Source: Octopus vulgaris (Eukaryota). From it: 64,000 nt of DNA. The DNA is taken from contig OX597819.1 of NCBI GenBank assembly GCA_951406725.2, positions 77,872,001-77,936,000 of the forward strand. The letters run 5' to 3'. The notes under the pieces were generated by a model. That model did not search any database. It had not been told where the DNA came from and saw only the letters and a list, made by a program, of their open reading frames with translations. Below, one piece after another: positions 1 to 14,434 of this stretch (positions are counted from its first letter, which is position 1; each line of letters begins with the position of its first letter). A program made the position numbers and the translations under genes.

Positions 1-82
1 GATAGATAGATAGATAGGTAATCGGTTAGACAGAGAGACATTTAGGTAGCTGGGTAGACAGACAGACAATTAGTTAGTTTGT

Positions 83-142
<60 letters not shown>

Positions 143-742
143 CAAACTGACGGACAGGCAGGAAGACAGATAGATAGCTAGTCAGAGAGATGGAGAGATG
201 GAAAGACAGATGGATTGTTAATGAGAAGGGAGAAAAGGAAAGAGAGAAGGAGAGAGTGAGGGAGGTGATTGACAGATAGCAAGATACGGAGAAAATCAAA
301 GAGAAAGGGAGGGATAAGATAGTCACTTTAGAGAGATCGAAAAAGGAAGAGAAAGTAAAAGAGAACACAACGAAGAGGTAGGAAGTGGTTGTAAGTGAGA
401 GAAAAAGAAACGTAAGGGGGGAAGTGTGTATGCATGCGCGCGCGTTTGTGTGTACTACAAATATTTTGTCGGAGAAAAGAGTGATTGGGAGGCAGAAAGA
501 GGGAGAGGGCAAAGAAAGAGAGAGAGAGTGGTGGGCAGAGAAAGACTGTGAGTGAAAAACTAGGGGAATTTCGAGAGAAGGAGAGCAGATAAAGAGGGGG
601 AAAATGTGAATAATCGTCTGTCAAAATATGGACAGGCAGAATTATGGTACGGAGATCAAGTGGAAGAAAGACAAGAAATAAAGGGGAAAGAGAAAGAGGG
701 AAAGTGAGAAAGGTGAATGACGAAGGAGAGAAAAAAGCTTTA

Positions 743-776
<34 letters not shown>

Positions 777-952
777 AAGGGAAAGAAAGAGAGAGAGAGT
801 AAAGGAGAGAGGGAGAAAGAGAGAGAGGTAGGCGAAAGAGAGCAAAAAAAGTTTTGAGAGAGACAGGTAGATAGATAAAGAGAGGAGGGAGCAAAGTGAG
901 TGAGAGTGAGAGAGTGAGAGAAAGAAAGGAAAAAAGAAAGAAAAAAGAAAAA

Positions 953-998
<46 letters not shown>

Positions 999-1132
999 AG
1001 AGAGAAACAGAGAGGATCGCATTGTAGATATCAAGTGAGATAGAGATAAAGTGAAAGAGACATGCATTAAGAGAGAAAAGAGGAGTGAAGACACAGAAAG
1101 AAGAGAGAGATAGAGGAGAGGAGAGGGGGAAT

Positions 1133-1163
<31 letters not shown>

Positions 1164-1537
1164 TAGAGAAGATAGAGAAGAGAGAGAGTGTGTGAGTGAG
1201 AAGTAAAACGAAACAATGATAAAGTAATATAGTCAGCGTGTGCATGGGAGAGAAAGAGAGAGAGAGAGAGAGAGAAAAGGAGAGAAAAAGGAGAGAAAAA
1301 AGGAGAGAAAAAGGAGAGAAAAAAGGAGAGAAAGAGAGAAAAGTTTTGTGCGTATGAGACCGAAAAAGTGAAAATGCGTGCGTTCGTGAGTTGAGTGAGT
1401 GAATGTGTGTGTGAATAAGTGTGTGTGTGTGTGTGTGAATAAGTGTGTGTGTGTGTGTGCGTATGCATGTGTGTGTGTGCGTGTGTGTGTGTGTTTGTGC
1501 GTGTGTGTGCGTGTGTATGTGTGTGTGTGTGCGTGTG

Positions 1538-1584
<47 letters not shown>

Positions 1585-1652
1585 GCATGTGTGTGTGTGT
1601 GTGTGTGTGCGTGTGCATGTGTGTGTGTGAATAAGTGTGTGTGTGCATGCGT

Positions 1653-1683
<31 letters not shown>

Positions 1684-1685
1684 GT
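1..1685. repeat. Low-complexity block: (GATA)n, GA-rich purine tract, (GT)n
   Basis: Visible tandem GATA (1-140), GA/AG tracts (to ~1340) and GT tracts (953-995, 1400-1685); overlapping ORFs are homopolymeric artefacts. Confidence 0.95.
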
Positions 1686-2116
1686 TGTCTTTAAGAGACA
1701 GTGTCACGCTACAGCCATGATACATTAACACCCAACCCAACTTAATCGATCAATAAACCAGTACGAAACTCAGTCAATCCATCATATCTTCTTCTCACGT
1801 TGTCTTCTTTTTGACTGTCTCATTCCTCTTTCACTCAGTCACCTCTCACCACCACTACAACCACCTTCTCATTTACTCTTACCCTCCCATTCTCACTTCA
1901 CTCAATCGGCCACCTCTTACTATCACCCTATATCTCTCGCACTATTGTCCAATACTGTTGCTCTCAAACCCCCTCTCTCATTTCACTGTACCTGTTTCCT
2001 TCAGTCATATTCCCCCTCCCTCTCTCTGTTTCATCTGTCTCTTTCTGTTTACTCTCCTACTGTTTCTCAGTTTTTGCTCTCGCTCGATTATCTCCCTCAT
2101 TATTAAGTTCTCTTTT

Positions 2117-3330
2117 AAGGCGGCGAGCTGGCAGAATCGTTACCGCGCCGGGCGAAATGCTTAGCGGCATTTCGTCCGTCTTTATGTCCTGAGTTCAAAT
2201 TCCATCGGGGTCCACTTTGCCTTTCCTCCTTTCGGGGTCGATAAAACAAGTACGAGTTGAGGACTGGAGGTCGATGTAATAGACTCACCCACTTCCTGAA
2301 ATACATGACCTTGTGCCAAAAATTGAAACCATTATAAGTTCCCTTTGGAGGCTGCGAGCTTGCAGAGCCGTTTGCACACCGGACAAAATGCTTAGCAGCA
2401 TTTAATTTGGCTTTATGCTCGGAGTTCAAATTCTGCCGAAGTTGACTTTGCCTTTTATCCTTTCGGAGCCGATAAAATAAATACCAGTTATGCAGTGAGG
2501 TCGATGTAATCGACTCAACCCCTTCTCCAAAATTACTGGCCTTGTACCAAAATTTGAAGCTACAGAATCGTTAGCACAATGAACAGAATGCTTAACAGTA
2601 TTTCATGCGTCTTTATAATCTCAGTTAAAATTCTGCCGAGGTCGACTTTGCCTTTCATCCTTTCGGGGTCCATATAATAAGTATCAGCTAGACACTGGGG
2701 TCGACGTAATCGACTATAATACTCTGCCCTTCGAAATTGCTGGCCTTGTGCTAAAATTTGAAACTAATATTTAAGTTCTCTCTCTAAAGGCGGCGAGCTG
2801 GCAGAAACGTTAGCACACCAGGCGAAATGCTTAGCGGTATTTCGTCTGCCGTTACGCTCTGAGTTCAAATTCCGCTGAGGTCGAGTTTGCCTTTCATCCT
2901 TTCGGGGTTGATAAATAAAGTACCAGCGAAACACTGGGGTCAATGTAATCGACTTGATCCCTTTGTCTGTCCTTGTTTGTCCCCTCTGTGTTTAGCCCCT
3001 TGTGGGTAGTAAAGAAATATGTATTTTGTCTGTCGTTACGTTCTGAGTTCAAATTCTGCCGAGGTCGACTTTGCCTTTCATCCTTTCGGAGTCGATAAAT
3101 TAAGTACCAGTTACGCACTGGGGTCAATGTAATCAACTTAATCCCTTTGTCTGTCCTTGTTTGTCCCCTCTATGTTTAGCCCCTTGTGGGCAATAAACAA
3201 GAAACGTTAGCACACCGGATAGAATGCTTAGCGGCATTTCGTCCGTCTTTACGTTCTGCTGCGGTCGACTTTGCTTTTCGTCCTTTCGGGAATCATGAAA
3301 TAAGTACCAGTCAAGTAATCGATGTAATCG
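2117..3330 (+). mobile_element. Tandem cluster of ~6 units of tRNA-derived SINE family A
   Basis: Repeated head AAGGCGGCGAGCTGGCAGAA(T/A)CGTTAG (A-box-like), GAGTTCAAATTCC (B-box) and body GAGGTCGACTTTGCCTTTCATCCTTTCGGGGTCGATAA...AAGTACCAG; units start at ~2117, 2349, 2560, 2788, 3021 and 3200. Confidence 0.9.
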
Positions 3331-3848
3331 ATTTATTATCCTCTCAAAAAGAAGAAATTCCTCGCTGTATTTCTTCCGACGCTCTAATGACACCCTAAGA
3401 ATGATTTCTAAGTTAGTTCCAAGACGAACATTTTTGTGGGGAGGGGTTTAATTAGTACCATCGCCCTCGGGACTTGACTTTTACTTTATTTCATAAACAG
3501 TGAAAGGATGAACTGTAAAGTTGATCCCGACGGGATTCAGTATCATTTGCTTGACTCTCTATTCAGTTCTTTAGCAAAGAAAATGAAGAGTGCTTGAAAC
3601 TGACTGTGAGATCCATCCTGAAGCGAAACTAGGGAGAAACTAGATTTGTGTTGAAGATCCAGTATGAGCCCTGCATATAAACCTACTAAAGAATACAAAG
3701 CATGAAAAGAACCGGAACAAATGCTGCAGGGATTTTCCTCCCGACATTTTAATCATTCTGCTGTCTCGAAACCTTGGTTAATAATCTTTTCTACTCTAGG
3801 CACAAGGTCCGAAATTTTTAACCTACCTTGGTTAATAATAGCGGTGCC

Positions 3849-4060
3849 TAAGACGGCGAGCTGGCAGAATCGTTACCGCACCGGGCAAAATGCTTGGCGA
3901 CATTTCGTCTGTCCTTAAGTACTGAGGTCAAATTCCTCTTGAGGCTGATTTTGCTTTTCATCCTTTCAGGTTCAATAAAATAAGTTCCAGTTGAGCCGAT
4001 GTAATTCGCCGAATTTGCTAGCCGAAGTTTGAAAACAATAATCACGATTTAGGTACAATG
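3849..4060 (+). mobile_element. SINE family A, diverged copy
   Basis: AAGACGGCGAGCTGGCAGAATCGTTACCGC head plus degraded body. Confidence 0.8.
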
Positions 4061-4517
4061 CCAGCAATTTGAGGCCAGGGGTTTGTCCATAACCTCGACT
4101 TCATCATTTGACAGGTACTTAATTTTATTGAGTCGGTTGTATATAAAAAAACAAACCAATTTGATCTCAGTGGGATATGAACTCAGAATATAAAGAATCA
4201 GAAGATCTAACATAAAGCATTTTTCTGATGCGTTAACCTTTCTGATAATCTACCATCATTGCCAATATTAGTAGTTAGATGTAATTCGAGTTAAGTCTCT
4301 CTCTCTCTCTCACTCAAACATGCACGCATGACAGCCTCTGTTTCTAGCTATCCTCCTCCTCTCCCTCTATCCCCCCTCTCTCTCTCTCACACACACACAC
4401 GCGCGCATTCTTTCTCATTCACCTTTTTCCTGCCTTGCCTTTCTTTTACCTTGTCTTTCTCGTTGCGTCACTACCACAAAGCTTCTTTTTCTTTTTACAA
4501 TGTTCTTTCTCTCCAGC

Positions 4518-4573
<56 letters not shown>

Positions 4574-4789
4574 ACTCTGTCTCCTTGCCCCCATTTGACT
4601 TTGGGGCATTTATTTACTCATTTATTTTACCGCCCTTGATCTATCTATTTCACATATGAGATATCTCTTAATGTGACAACTGAAATTGAAAGCGGTATAT
4701 TAAGCTTTCAAAAGCAAGAAAATATTTCATTTCGCACTGTTACCGGGTGCGTGCACGACCTGTGTGTAAACAGACAGATAGATAGATAT

Positions 4790-4831
<42 letters not shown>

Positions 4832-4852
4832 GGATGGATCGATGGATGGATG

Positions 4853-4901
<49 letters not shown>

Positions 4902-5006
4902 GATAGATAGATAGATAGATAAGATAGATAGATATCTGTATGTTTATAAATGTATAGTCATATCACCTATACCACACACACTTTAAAACATTCACCTTCG
5001 TAATCA

Positions 5007-5135
<129 letters not shown>

Positions 5136-5137
5136 TA

Positions 5138-5208
<71 letters not shown>

Positions 5209-5720
5209 GAGTGAGAGAGCAGTTCATGCCATCAAAGTGACACTGGGGTAAAATATACGAAGCCCAATATACCCATCATGACTACCCGTCTGATAAAGGT
5301 ACACCAGGCACATGCATCACAACCATATGTGCGCGACATGGTGATCTCATATCAAGATAAACAGCACATGACCTTGCAGGTGGGGCCCAGTTAGAATTTT
5401 CTTCAGGTTGAGTAGCCCATCCCGCTCAAACGGTCCCTGAATAAGGGTTGTTTAAGGATGTTGAAAGAACCACCCATGTTTCCAGAGGTGAACTATTCAA
5501 ACCCCAAAGAATCCCTCTCAACACATGGCTATGATGCTCCCCCACTACTTCTGCTCGTGATCAGAGATGCACATATCGTCAGCCACTAAGGGACATGCTC
5601 AACTGGTTATGGTCAAACAACTGACAAGCAAATCTGTGGTATTGAGCAGAATATTTGCTGTAGCCCATCTTTTATACCAAGACAAAACAATGTACATAAC
5701 ACTTCCAATCAGTTAAGATA
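5209..5720 (-). mobile_element. Probable 3' UTR of an unclassified non-LTR retrotransposon embedded in (TAA)n
   Basis: ~510 bp complex-sequence island with sharp boundaries inside a pure TTA tract and no ORF; strand and class are inferred. Confidence 0.45.
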
Positions 5721-5721
5721 A

Positions 5722-5763
<42 letters not shown>

Positions 5764-5785
5764 CGTTGTTATTATTATTATTATC

Positions 5786-5817
<32 letters not shown>

Positions 5818-5833
5818 TATTATTATTATTATC

Positions 5834-5883
<50 letters not shown>

Positions 5884-5884
5884 C

Positions 5885-5950
<66 letters not shown>

Positions 5951-5983
5951 ATATTATTATTATTATTATTATTATTATCGTTA

Positions 5984-6061
<78 letters not shown>

Positions 6062-6062
<1 letters not shown>

Positions 6063-6272
6063 CATTCAGTTGTTTTATTTTTATAGCGTGCTTTCACTTC
6101 ACTACCGAGCGCAGCTCTGTGTGCCTTGGGTATGTGCTGTGATTTGTTGTGATGCTCTGATGGTTATTGCATGGAAAGTGTTCTGCGTAGGATGTGTGCA
6201 GTGCCTAGTAGTGCAATTTTCTGTATGTTATATGTGTTTGTAAGTCCTGGTGTTTTTGTTATGTATTTTTTG
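6062..6272 (-). mobile_element. Dong/R4-type (RLE) LINE 3' end
   Basis: Minus strand reads KKYITKTPGLTNTYNIQKIALLGTAHILRRTLSMQ* (stop 6164-6166), the typical R4/Dong C-terminus, then a short UTR running into (TAA)n. Confidence 0.85.
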
Positions 6273-6334
6273 TATTATGTATTATTATTATTATCGTTAT
6301 TATTATTATTATCATCATTATTATTATTATTATC

Positions 6335-6414
<80 letters not shown>

Positions 6415-6692
6415 CATTATTATCATTATTATTATTATTATTATTACCTGCGGTATTTATTCACTTTATCTTAGTAAACTTTGACAAATATGCCAGTACT
6501 TTCTACATGTCGTATGTTTTGGTTTAACTCGTTCTCTTTTTTCCCCGAGTTTATCATTCCACGAACGCTAAACGTGTTCAAACTTCCAGCGACAAACACA
6601 CAAATATAATATGTATTCATATACGAACATAACCGATTACGTTTATAAGTCGTATGTGATTTATACGAAACTGAATTTTTATATTTTCCCTA

Positions 6693-6720
6693 TACAAGTT
6701 TCACAGTTCCGCTTCATCAG
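6693..6720 (-). ncRNA. Degenerate hammerhead ribozyme motif
   Basis: Minus strand CUGAUGA-A-GCGGAACUGU-GAAAC-UU-GUA; weak stem II, stem I not evident. Confidence 0.4.
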
Positions 6721-7139
6721 GCGAGTTGTGATAATCGTCGTTTGAATAAAATTCATAAATTTCGAAAAGGATCTTCCTCGATTTCGACGATGAATATTTA
6801 GTTATTTGCTCTACTTATTGATTTGGTGTGTAAATGTTTGAACACTCCATAGACACGTGCACCCCTTAATATAGTGATATAATGTGTAGCAAGATAGGAC
6901 CTTTAAATTACGAGGATCGATTGGTTTCCACATAGTTTCCATCTTTCGAGATTGACTCCAAAAATTTGAATACAAACAAGACTATAATAAAAGTCACTTG
7001 TTCAAGATACCACGTTGTAGATTGAAACCGATACCAGATGATTGCGAAATGAACTTCTTAACCATATGACCTCATATACACATGAGGAGATGGTACAGTT
7101 AATAAAATATGATAACGAGACAAAACCAAAAATATAATA

Positions 7140-7993
<854 letters not shown>

Positions 7994-7999
7994 ATAAAC

Positions 8000-8108
<109 letters not shown>

Positions 8109-8140
8109 CGGCGACGACGACGATGATGATGGTGATAATG

Positions 8141-8178
<38 letters not shown>

Positions 8179-8367
8179 TTGGTCAAGAAGTAGATGATTC
8201 ATGATGGTCAATTGGTGTATGCGGTTTGGTTTATAGGCGACGTACGAAGTAATAAATTACTTCTCACAAGGGGTGCATGACTTGTTTATGATGGAGGTGA
8301 AAATAAATTTTCATAAGCAAGTCTGCGAGAGGACGAACATAAACATCAGTGTGTTTGTTGATATGCT

Positions 8368-8400
<33 letters not shown>

Positions 8401-8618
8401 ATGCATGTGTTTGTGTGCGCGTGCGAGTGTGCATATATATTTATATATATATATATATATATATACATACACACACGCATATATACACATATATATATAC
8501 ATATATAGATGCCTATATGTATGTGTATATGCGTGTGTGTATATATATATATATATATATGTATTTATATTTGCATGTGTTTGTGTATATATCGTATATA
8601 TATGTATATGTATGTATG

Positions 8619-8658
<40 letters not shown>

Positions 8659-9457
8659 TATGGTACATATTGACATGTATACAAACGCATGCATATACAA
8701 GTGTGTAAGCTTACACACACATATAAGCATAAATATATATGTATATATTTACATATAAATACATCAATCTAACCCCCATAAACACATGCACACTCACACA
8801 CGACACACACACATACTCATACATATACTCCAACCGGAAGGTAAGTTTGCGTTAGTAGTGTAATTGATAAAAAACAAGGGAGGAGGACAAGTAAAAGTAA
8901 GGCGTAAAACAGCGAATAAGACTTCGAAGTTAATGTAATTATGAGGGGAAGAAATGGAATGAAGGGAAATCGATGTTTCGGACAGTGGTGCTTCCTCAAA
9001 CCAGAACAGAGAAGTGGAAGAATAAAATCTTGATGAAGAGAAAAAGAAAAGTGTTGCTGAGTCAGAATACGACATGCTGGGATTAAAAATGGGAAGTGGA
9101 TAATTATAAAAAAATATTTCTTCAGCAGAAAATTTTGAGGACGTGGCAAAGAAAGCCCTCGTGTTACGCGTAGGAAAATATAGTGCAGCGAAGTATGGTT
9201 ATAGTGAAGGGTGTTTATCTATGCACATGTATGTGTGTGAGTGTATGTGTGTGAGTGTATGTGTGTGTGTTTATGTGTGTGTGTGTGCGTGAGAGAGGAA
9301 GGGATGGCGCAATGTTTATGTAAGAACGTATGTGTGCATGCAACCGTGGGAAATAAATGCGTGGAGATAGAATAAGGCATAATTTTGAAGAAATTGTGTG
9401 CGAGGCATCATGGATCGTGGATACGGATGTATAATAGATGGTTTAGTGTGTGTGTGG

Positions 9458-9501
<44 letters not shown>

Positions 9502-9680
9502 AAGTAGAGGCGTTGGCTACTTTGGTCTTCATGTACGGACGTTTAAAGTATTGGGGAATAAATGTGTTGTGCTATAAACTAGGCGAGATATTATGTGGTT
9601 GAACTTCTACACACAGATTGCATGCAGGCCTCCTCAAGTCTTTCAACAAAAGTAATTAAGAGGCAAAAAAAATTAACTAA

Positions 9681-10097
9681 CTTTTATCCTTTCGGAGCCG
9701 ATAAAATAAATACCAGTTATGCAGTGAGGTCGATGTAATCGACTCAACCCCTTCCCCAAAATTACTGGCCTTGTATCAAAATTTGAAGCCACAGAATCGT
9801 TAGCACAACGAACAAAATGCTTAACAGTATTTCATCCGTCTTTACAATCTGAGTTAAAATTCTGCCGAGGTCGACTTTGCCTTTCATCCTTTCGGGGTCC
9901 ATACAATAAGTATCAGTTGGACACTGGGGTCAATGTAATCGACTATAATACTCTGCCCTTCGAAATTGCTGGCCTTGTGCTAAAATTTGAAACTAATATT
10001 TAAGTTCTCTCTCTAAAGGCGGCGAGCTGGCAGAAACGTTAGCACACCAGGCGAAATGCTTAGCGGTATTTCGTCTGCCGTTACGCTCTGAGTTCAA
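9681..10097 (+). repeat. 417-bp near-identical duplicate of 2452-2868
   Basis: Colinear and the same length, including the idiosyncratic SINE-A unit junctions. Confidence 0.9.
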
Positions 10098-10232
10098 TTG
10101 TTAGATTGATGTATTTATATGTAAATATATACATATATGTGTGTGCGTGCGCGTGTGTATGTTTGTGTGGTGCGTTTATGTATCTGTATGGGGGGGGGGG
10201 GGGGTTAATAATATATTTAGAGAGAGAGTAGG

Positions 10233-10521
10233 TTGTGGCGACGCAGGTTCCACTTGGTCCGATCAACGGAACAGCGTGCTCATGAAATTAACGTGCAAGT
10301 GATTGAGCACTCCATACATACGTGTACACTTAATGTAGTTCTCAGAGAAATTCAGCATGATACAGAATGTGACAAAGCTTTGAAATACAGGTACTACTCA
10401 TTTTTGGTAGCTGAGTGAAATAAAGTGTCTTGTTCAAGGACACAACGCGTCGCCGAGAATTGAACTCACGACCTTACGATCGTGAGCCGAATACCCTAAC
10501 CATTAAGCCTCGTACCTTCAC
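10233..10521 (-). mobile_element. tRNA-derived SINE family C, tail type 2
   Basis: Minus-strand head GAAGGTACGAGGCTTAATGGTTAGGGTATTCGGCTCACGATCGTAAGGTCGTGAGTTCAATTC; tail matches 15870-16055. Confidence 0.85.
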
Positions 10522-10663
10522 TGTATATGTATATGTGTGTGTGTGTGTGCGCGCACACACACACATACACATGTTGATATATCACCAGTAGTTCATATAT
10601 CCCAAAAAGAAGTACGCTCTCAATAGCTTTAAAGCAGTAATGCATTTTTTTAGGAAGTTAAAT

Positions 10664-10810
10664 GTTATGACCGGTCATAAAGTGACCATTGGTTTCGCAC
10701 CTATAAAGCATTTAGCAGTATAGGCGACTCAGCAGACTTTGGCGAGTCACCCGTACTGCTAAGCGCTTTACAGATGCGAAACCAATGATCACTCTATGAC
10801 CGGCTATAAC
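10664..10810. repeat. Long imperfect palindrome (MITE-like hairpin)
   Basis: 67-bp arms GTTATGACCGGTCATAAAG...GGCGACTC / GAGTCACC...TATGACCGGCTATAAC around a ~13-nt loop. Confidence 0.85.
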
Positions 10811-11283
10811 TTTTTTTCCCTTATAAATATGTATCAGACACGTGCTGTCAGTAATTACTCAGGATAGGCAGATGGTGACCTTTATGTTGTAAAACACACA
10901 CAAAATAAAAGCGAAACACAGGCGTGCGACAGAGTTGAAGGCAGATTTACTTCTACATTTACAGCACGTATAGAAAATGGTGTTGTAGGAGTGCACCCGG
11001 CACGTGTACTACAGCAGCACTATGCGTAGCTTAAATACTGAAATTGAAAAGTAGGGCCGAATTATGACAACCTAATCTACAAAGAAATAAAAGGTTTTGC
11101 ATTTTATGCGTAGTAATCAGAGCAAACTTCATAATTTTATTAAATTAGATGCATATTTTGCCATAAAAGGAAAATGTTGCTATCAATCTATTTTATTCAA
11201 GGTAGGCATCTCTCTTCAAAATGTTGAGGGACAGTTCAACCAGAAAATAACCGCTGCAAAGCAGCACACAACTAACAAAATTT

Positions 11284-11490
11284 CATGATCGTACGATTGT
11301 GGTTTCAATTCCTGGATCGGGTGGCGTACTGTTTTCTTAAGCAACACACTTCATTTCACGTTGCTCCAGTCCACCCAACTGAGAAAAATGAGTAATCCTG
11401 CAACGGACCGGTGTCCCGTCCAGGTGAGGAATTTATACGACAAACTGGCCCTTATGAGTCAGCATGACTCAAGAAGGTAACCTTCACCTC
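11284..11490 (+). mobile_element. SINE family C, tail type 3 (5'-truncated)
   Basis: Matches 11866-12123, including CCTGC..CGG.CCGGTGTCCCGTCCAGG and the AAGGTAACCTT end. Confidence 0.8.
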
Positions 11491-11569
11491 AGCTGTTTTA
11501 GAATGAAACTTTTGAGAATCAGAAGTGACCGAAACTTTAACTAAATATCCTCTTTTTTTTTTCAGCTTG

Positions 11570-12835
11570 AACATGGAAGCTAAGAATGTAACTTAGACGG
11601 CTAAAAGTTATGCCGTTCTCATCGCCTTAAATGCCAACTAAAGTGATTCTGAGATTGCAGCCATTTTAAATATGTGTTTAGGATCAGAAGAGAGCTCTTG
11701 GCCTCTAGCGGGAATGTGTCTCAAGTGGCGAAAGAAGAAATTTTTTGACGGTCAGATATTGTCAGAAAAGTCTTTTTTTGTCCAACAAGTTAAGAGCATA
11801 ATCAATGAGGATCCCAACAAGTTATTAAGAGCCGTTGTCAGTCATCTTCATGTGTCACAGTCAACGCTTGTGGAGGCGCATGGCTTAGTGGTTAGAGTGT
11901 TGGACTCATGATTGTAAGATTGTGGTTTTAATTCCTGGATCGGATGACGCGTTGTATTCTTAAGCAGAACACTTAATTTCACGTTGCTCCAGGCCACCCA
12001 GCTGAGAAAAATAAGTAATCCTGCGACGGGCCGGTGTCCCGTCCAGGTGAGGAATTTATACGCCATAGAAACCGGGAAATTGGCCCTTATGAGTCAGCAT
12101 AACTCAAGAAGGTAACCTTTACCTCACAGTCAACTTTTAGACGTGTGATACCATCCTGTGTTACGAGAAGGCAGAGCATATCGAATAAGATCTTGGAAAA
12201 TTGTGTTATTTGGCCGAAGCGCTTGCTGGGCAAACTTAAGCACCCCAGCGAGACCGACATGCTCTGGTTTTACGCAGATGAGAAGAACTTTGTCCAAGAG
12301 GGAACAGGAGGAATAAGAGATGACTCTGTGGCAGTCCCACTAGATTACCTACTGTTATGCAAACCAAGTTCCTGTTGTCTGTGATGATCTTGGGTGTCAT
12401 GAGCAATGAGGGCTTCGTCATGCTCTTCACTTTTTTTTTCCACAAGATCTTATGATCAGTACAGTTGTCTTTATCGTGACAATAGAGACGGTTGTCAAGC
12501 TCTGGATCGAGAGGTTTTATGTGTTCCAGTAAGACTCTGCCCCCTCTCAATCAGCCAGCACGACCCAAGAGTGGCTGACTGAAAATTTTCATGATAATGT
12601 TACCCCAAATATTTGGCCTCCCATTTCTCCAGATTAAAACCTCCTCGACTACTGCGTCTGACACGCCTTTGAGTGGGAGATCAACAAGTGTGCCCACAAT
12701 ATCAAGGACTCGTTGATATCTGATATTGGGTAAGTTATGGCCAACATCAATAAAGTCACCTCGTCAATGCATTTACTTGTTTCAGAAGCCGCATCCAGGC
12801 AGTAATCGAGGGCGTTTTCTTTTATATTGAATAAC
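11570..12835 (+). pseudogene. Decayed IS630-Tc1-mariner transposase, DD37D (maT-type)
   Basis: Reads ...MLWFYADEKNF...VMILGVMSNEG...YVFQ*DSAPS...TQEWL...WPPISPD*NLLDY; 37 residues counted between the 2nd and 3rd catalytic Asp; multiple stops and frameshifts; interrupted by a SINE. Confidence 0.85.
11866..12123 (+). mobile_element. Full-length SINE family C, tail type 3, with 11-bp TSD
   Basis: Head GGAGGCGCATGGCTTAGTGGTTAGAG; flanking direct repeat TCACAGTCAAC at 11855-11865 and 12124-12134. Confidence 0.9.
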
Positions 12836-13441
12836 CTTTGGGTATTTGTATGTAAGAATTTGGATACGAAATTCTATAAAGACATACTGGTTTTTCTAAG
12901 AAATATATTTTGTTTTACTTAAATTAAAATTTTATTCTCAAATAGCTGACCCAGCCTGCATATTTGTGCAGATATACCTACATACCTACGTGTGTGTGTG
13001 TGTGTGTGTGCGTGTGTGCGTGTATGTATGCGCACGCGCATGTATAATATGTATATATACACACACACACACACATGAACACACACACACACATGGACAC
13101 ACACATGGACACACACACACACATACATGGACACACACACACACACACACGTACATATACATTGAGTAAATAATATAAACACTACTTTTTGAAGTACTTT
13201 TTTTAATCTACATATATGTGTGTGCGTGCGCGTGTGTATGTTTGTGTGGTGCGTTTATGTATCTGTATGGGGAGGGGGGTTAATAATATATTTAGAGAGA
13301 GAGATAAAAATAACAGAAAAGAGAGAGAGGAAGAAAATGAAGGAAGACTGAAGGTAAGATACACAAGAGAGTAGATGCGAGGGATATGATGAAAGTGACA
13401 GAGAAGGGAGTCAGTGAGTGAACAAGCGAGAGAGGAATATC

Positions 13442-13613
<172 letters not shown>

Positions 13614-13641
13614 TAGATAGATAGCTAGCTAGCTAGCTAGC

Positions 13642-13697
<56 letters not shown>

Positions 13698-13720
13698 CAG
13701 ATAGACAGACAGATAGATAA

Positions 13721-13797
<77 letters not shown>

Positions 13798-13984
13798 CCT
13801 AACTAATATATTTTGCAGTATTACTCATATACAATGCTTGACCTTTGTTTTCGATCTTTCTGCGTTAAAAACTTCGCCCAGCTCTCTCTTCACTACTATA
13901 AGTCCACCTAGTTGACCTTTTTTTGTGTGCAAGGTTAAGTAAAAACTCTAACTCATCGGCATTGTCACAGCAACGTTACAAGCA

Positions 13985-14026
13985 AACGGTGTTTCGCGCT
14001 GAAATTGAAACGCATGCGCTCATCAA
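13985..14026 (-). ncRNA. Hammerhead ribozyme-like motif (C3>U variant)
   Basis: Minus strand UUGAUGA-GCGC-(16 nt)-GCGC-GAAAC-ACC-GUU. Confidence 0.5.
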
Positions 14027-14098
14027 GTCTTCGTGCAGCTTCCACCACTGGTCAGTTTCTAAACTTACCTATGTGCATGTACGCATTTGAACAGAGAT

Positions 14099-14146
<48 letters not shown>

Positions 14147-14398
14147 GTGTGTTGTGTCTGTGTCTGCATGTATGTTAGTTTGTGTGTGAATGTGTGTGTG
14201 TTTCTGTTACTGATTATGCGTTTGTGTGTGTGTGGGTTAGTTTTTTGTGTCTGTATTCGTGATTGTTTTTTTGGTGAGAATAAACTGTATGCGTATATAT
14301 TACTGTAGTTTATGTTTGTGTGGGAAAAGGAGAGAGAGAGAGAGAAAAAAGAGACAGACAGACAGAGAAAGGGAGAGAGAGAGAGAGAGAGAGAGAGA

Positions 14399-14434
<36 letters not shown>

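Noticed and set aside
328-1740. 470-aa and other long ORFs in the ORF track
   Set aside because: They are translations of GA/GT/TA/triplet microsatellites (poly-HT, YI, L, E etc.) with no domain signal; the same applies to nearly all ORFs listed.
8830-8850. AG/GTAAGT splice donor suggesting a host exon
   Set aside because: The motif is isolated, with no supportable upstream exon or acceptor.
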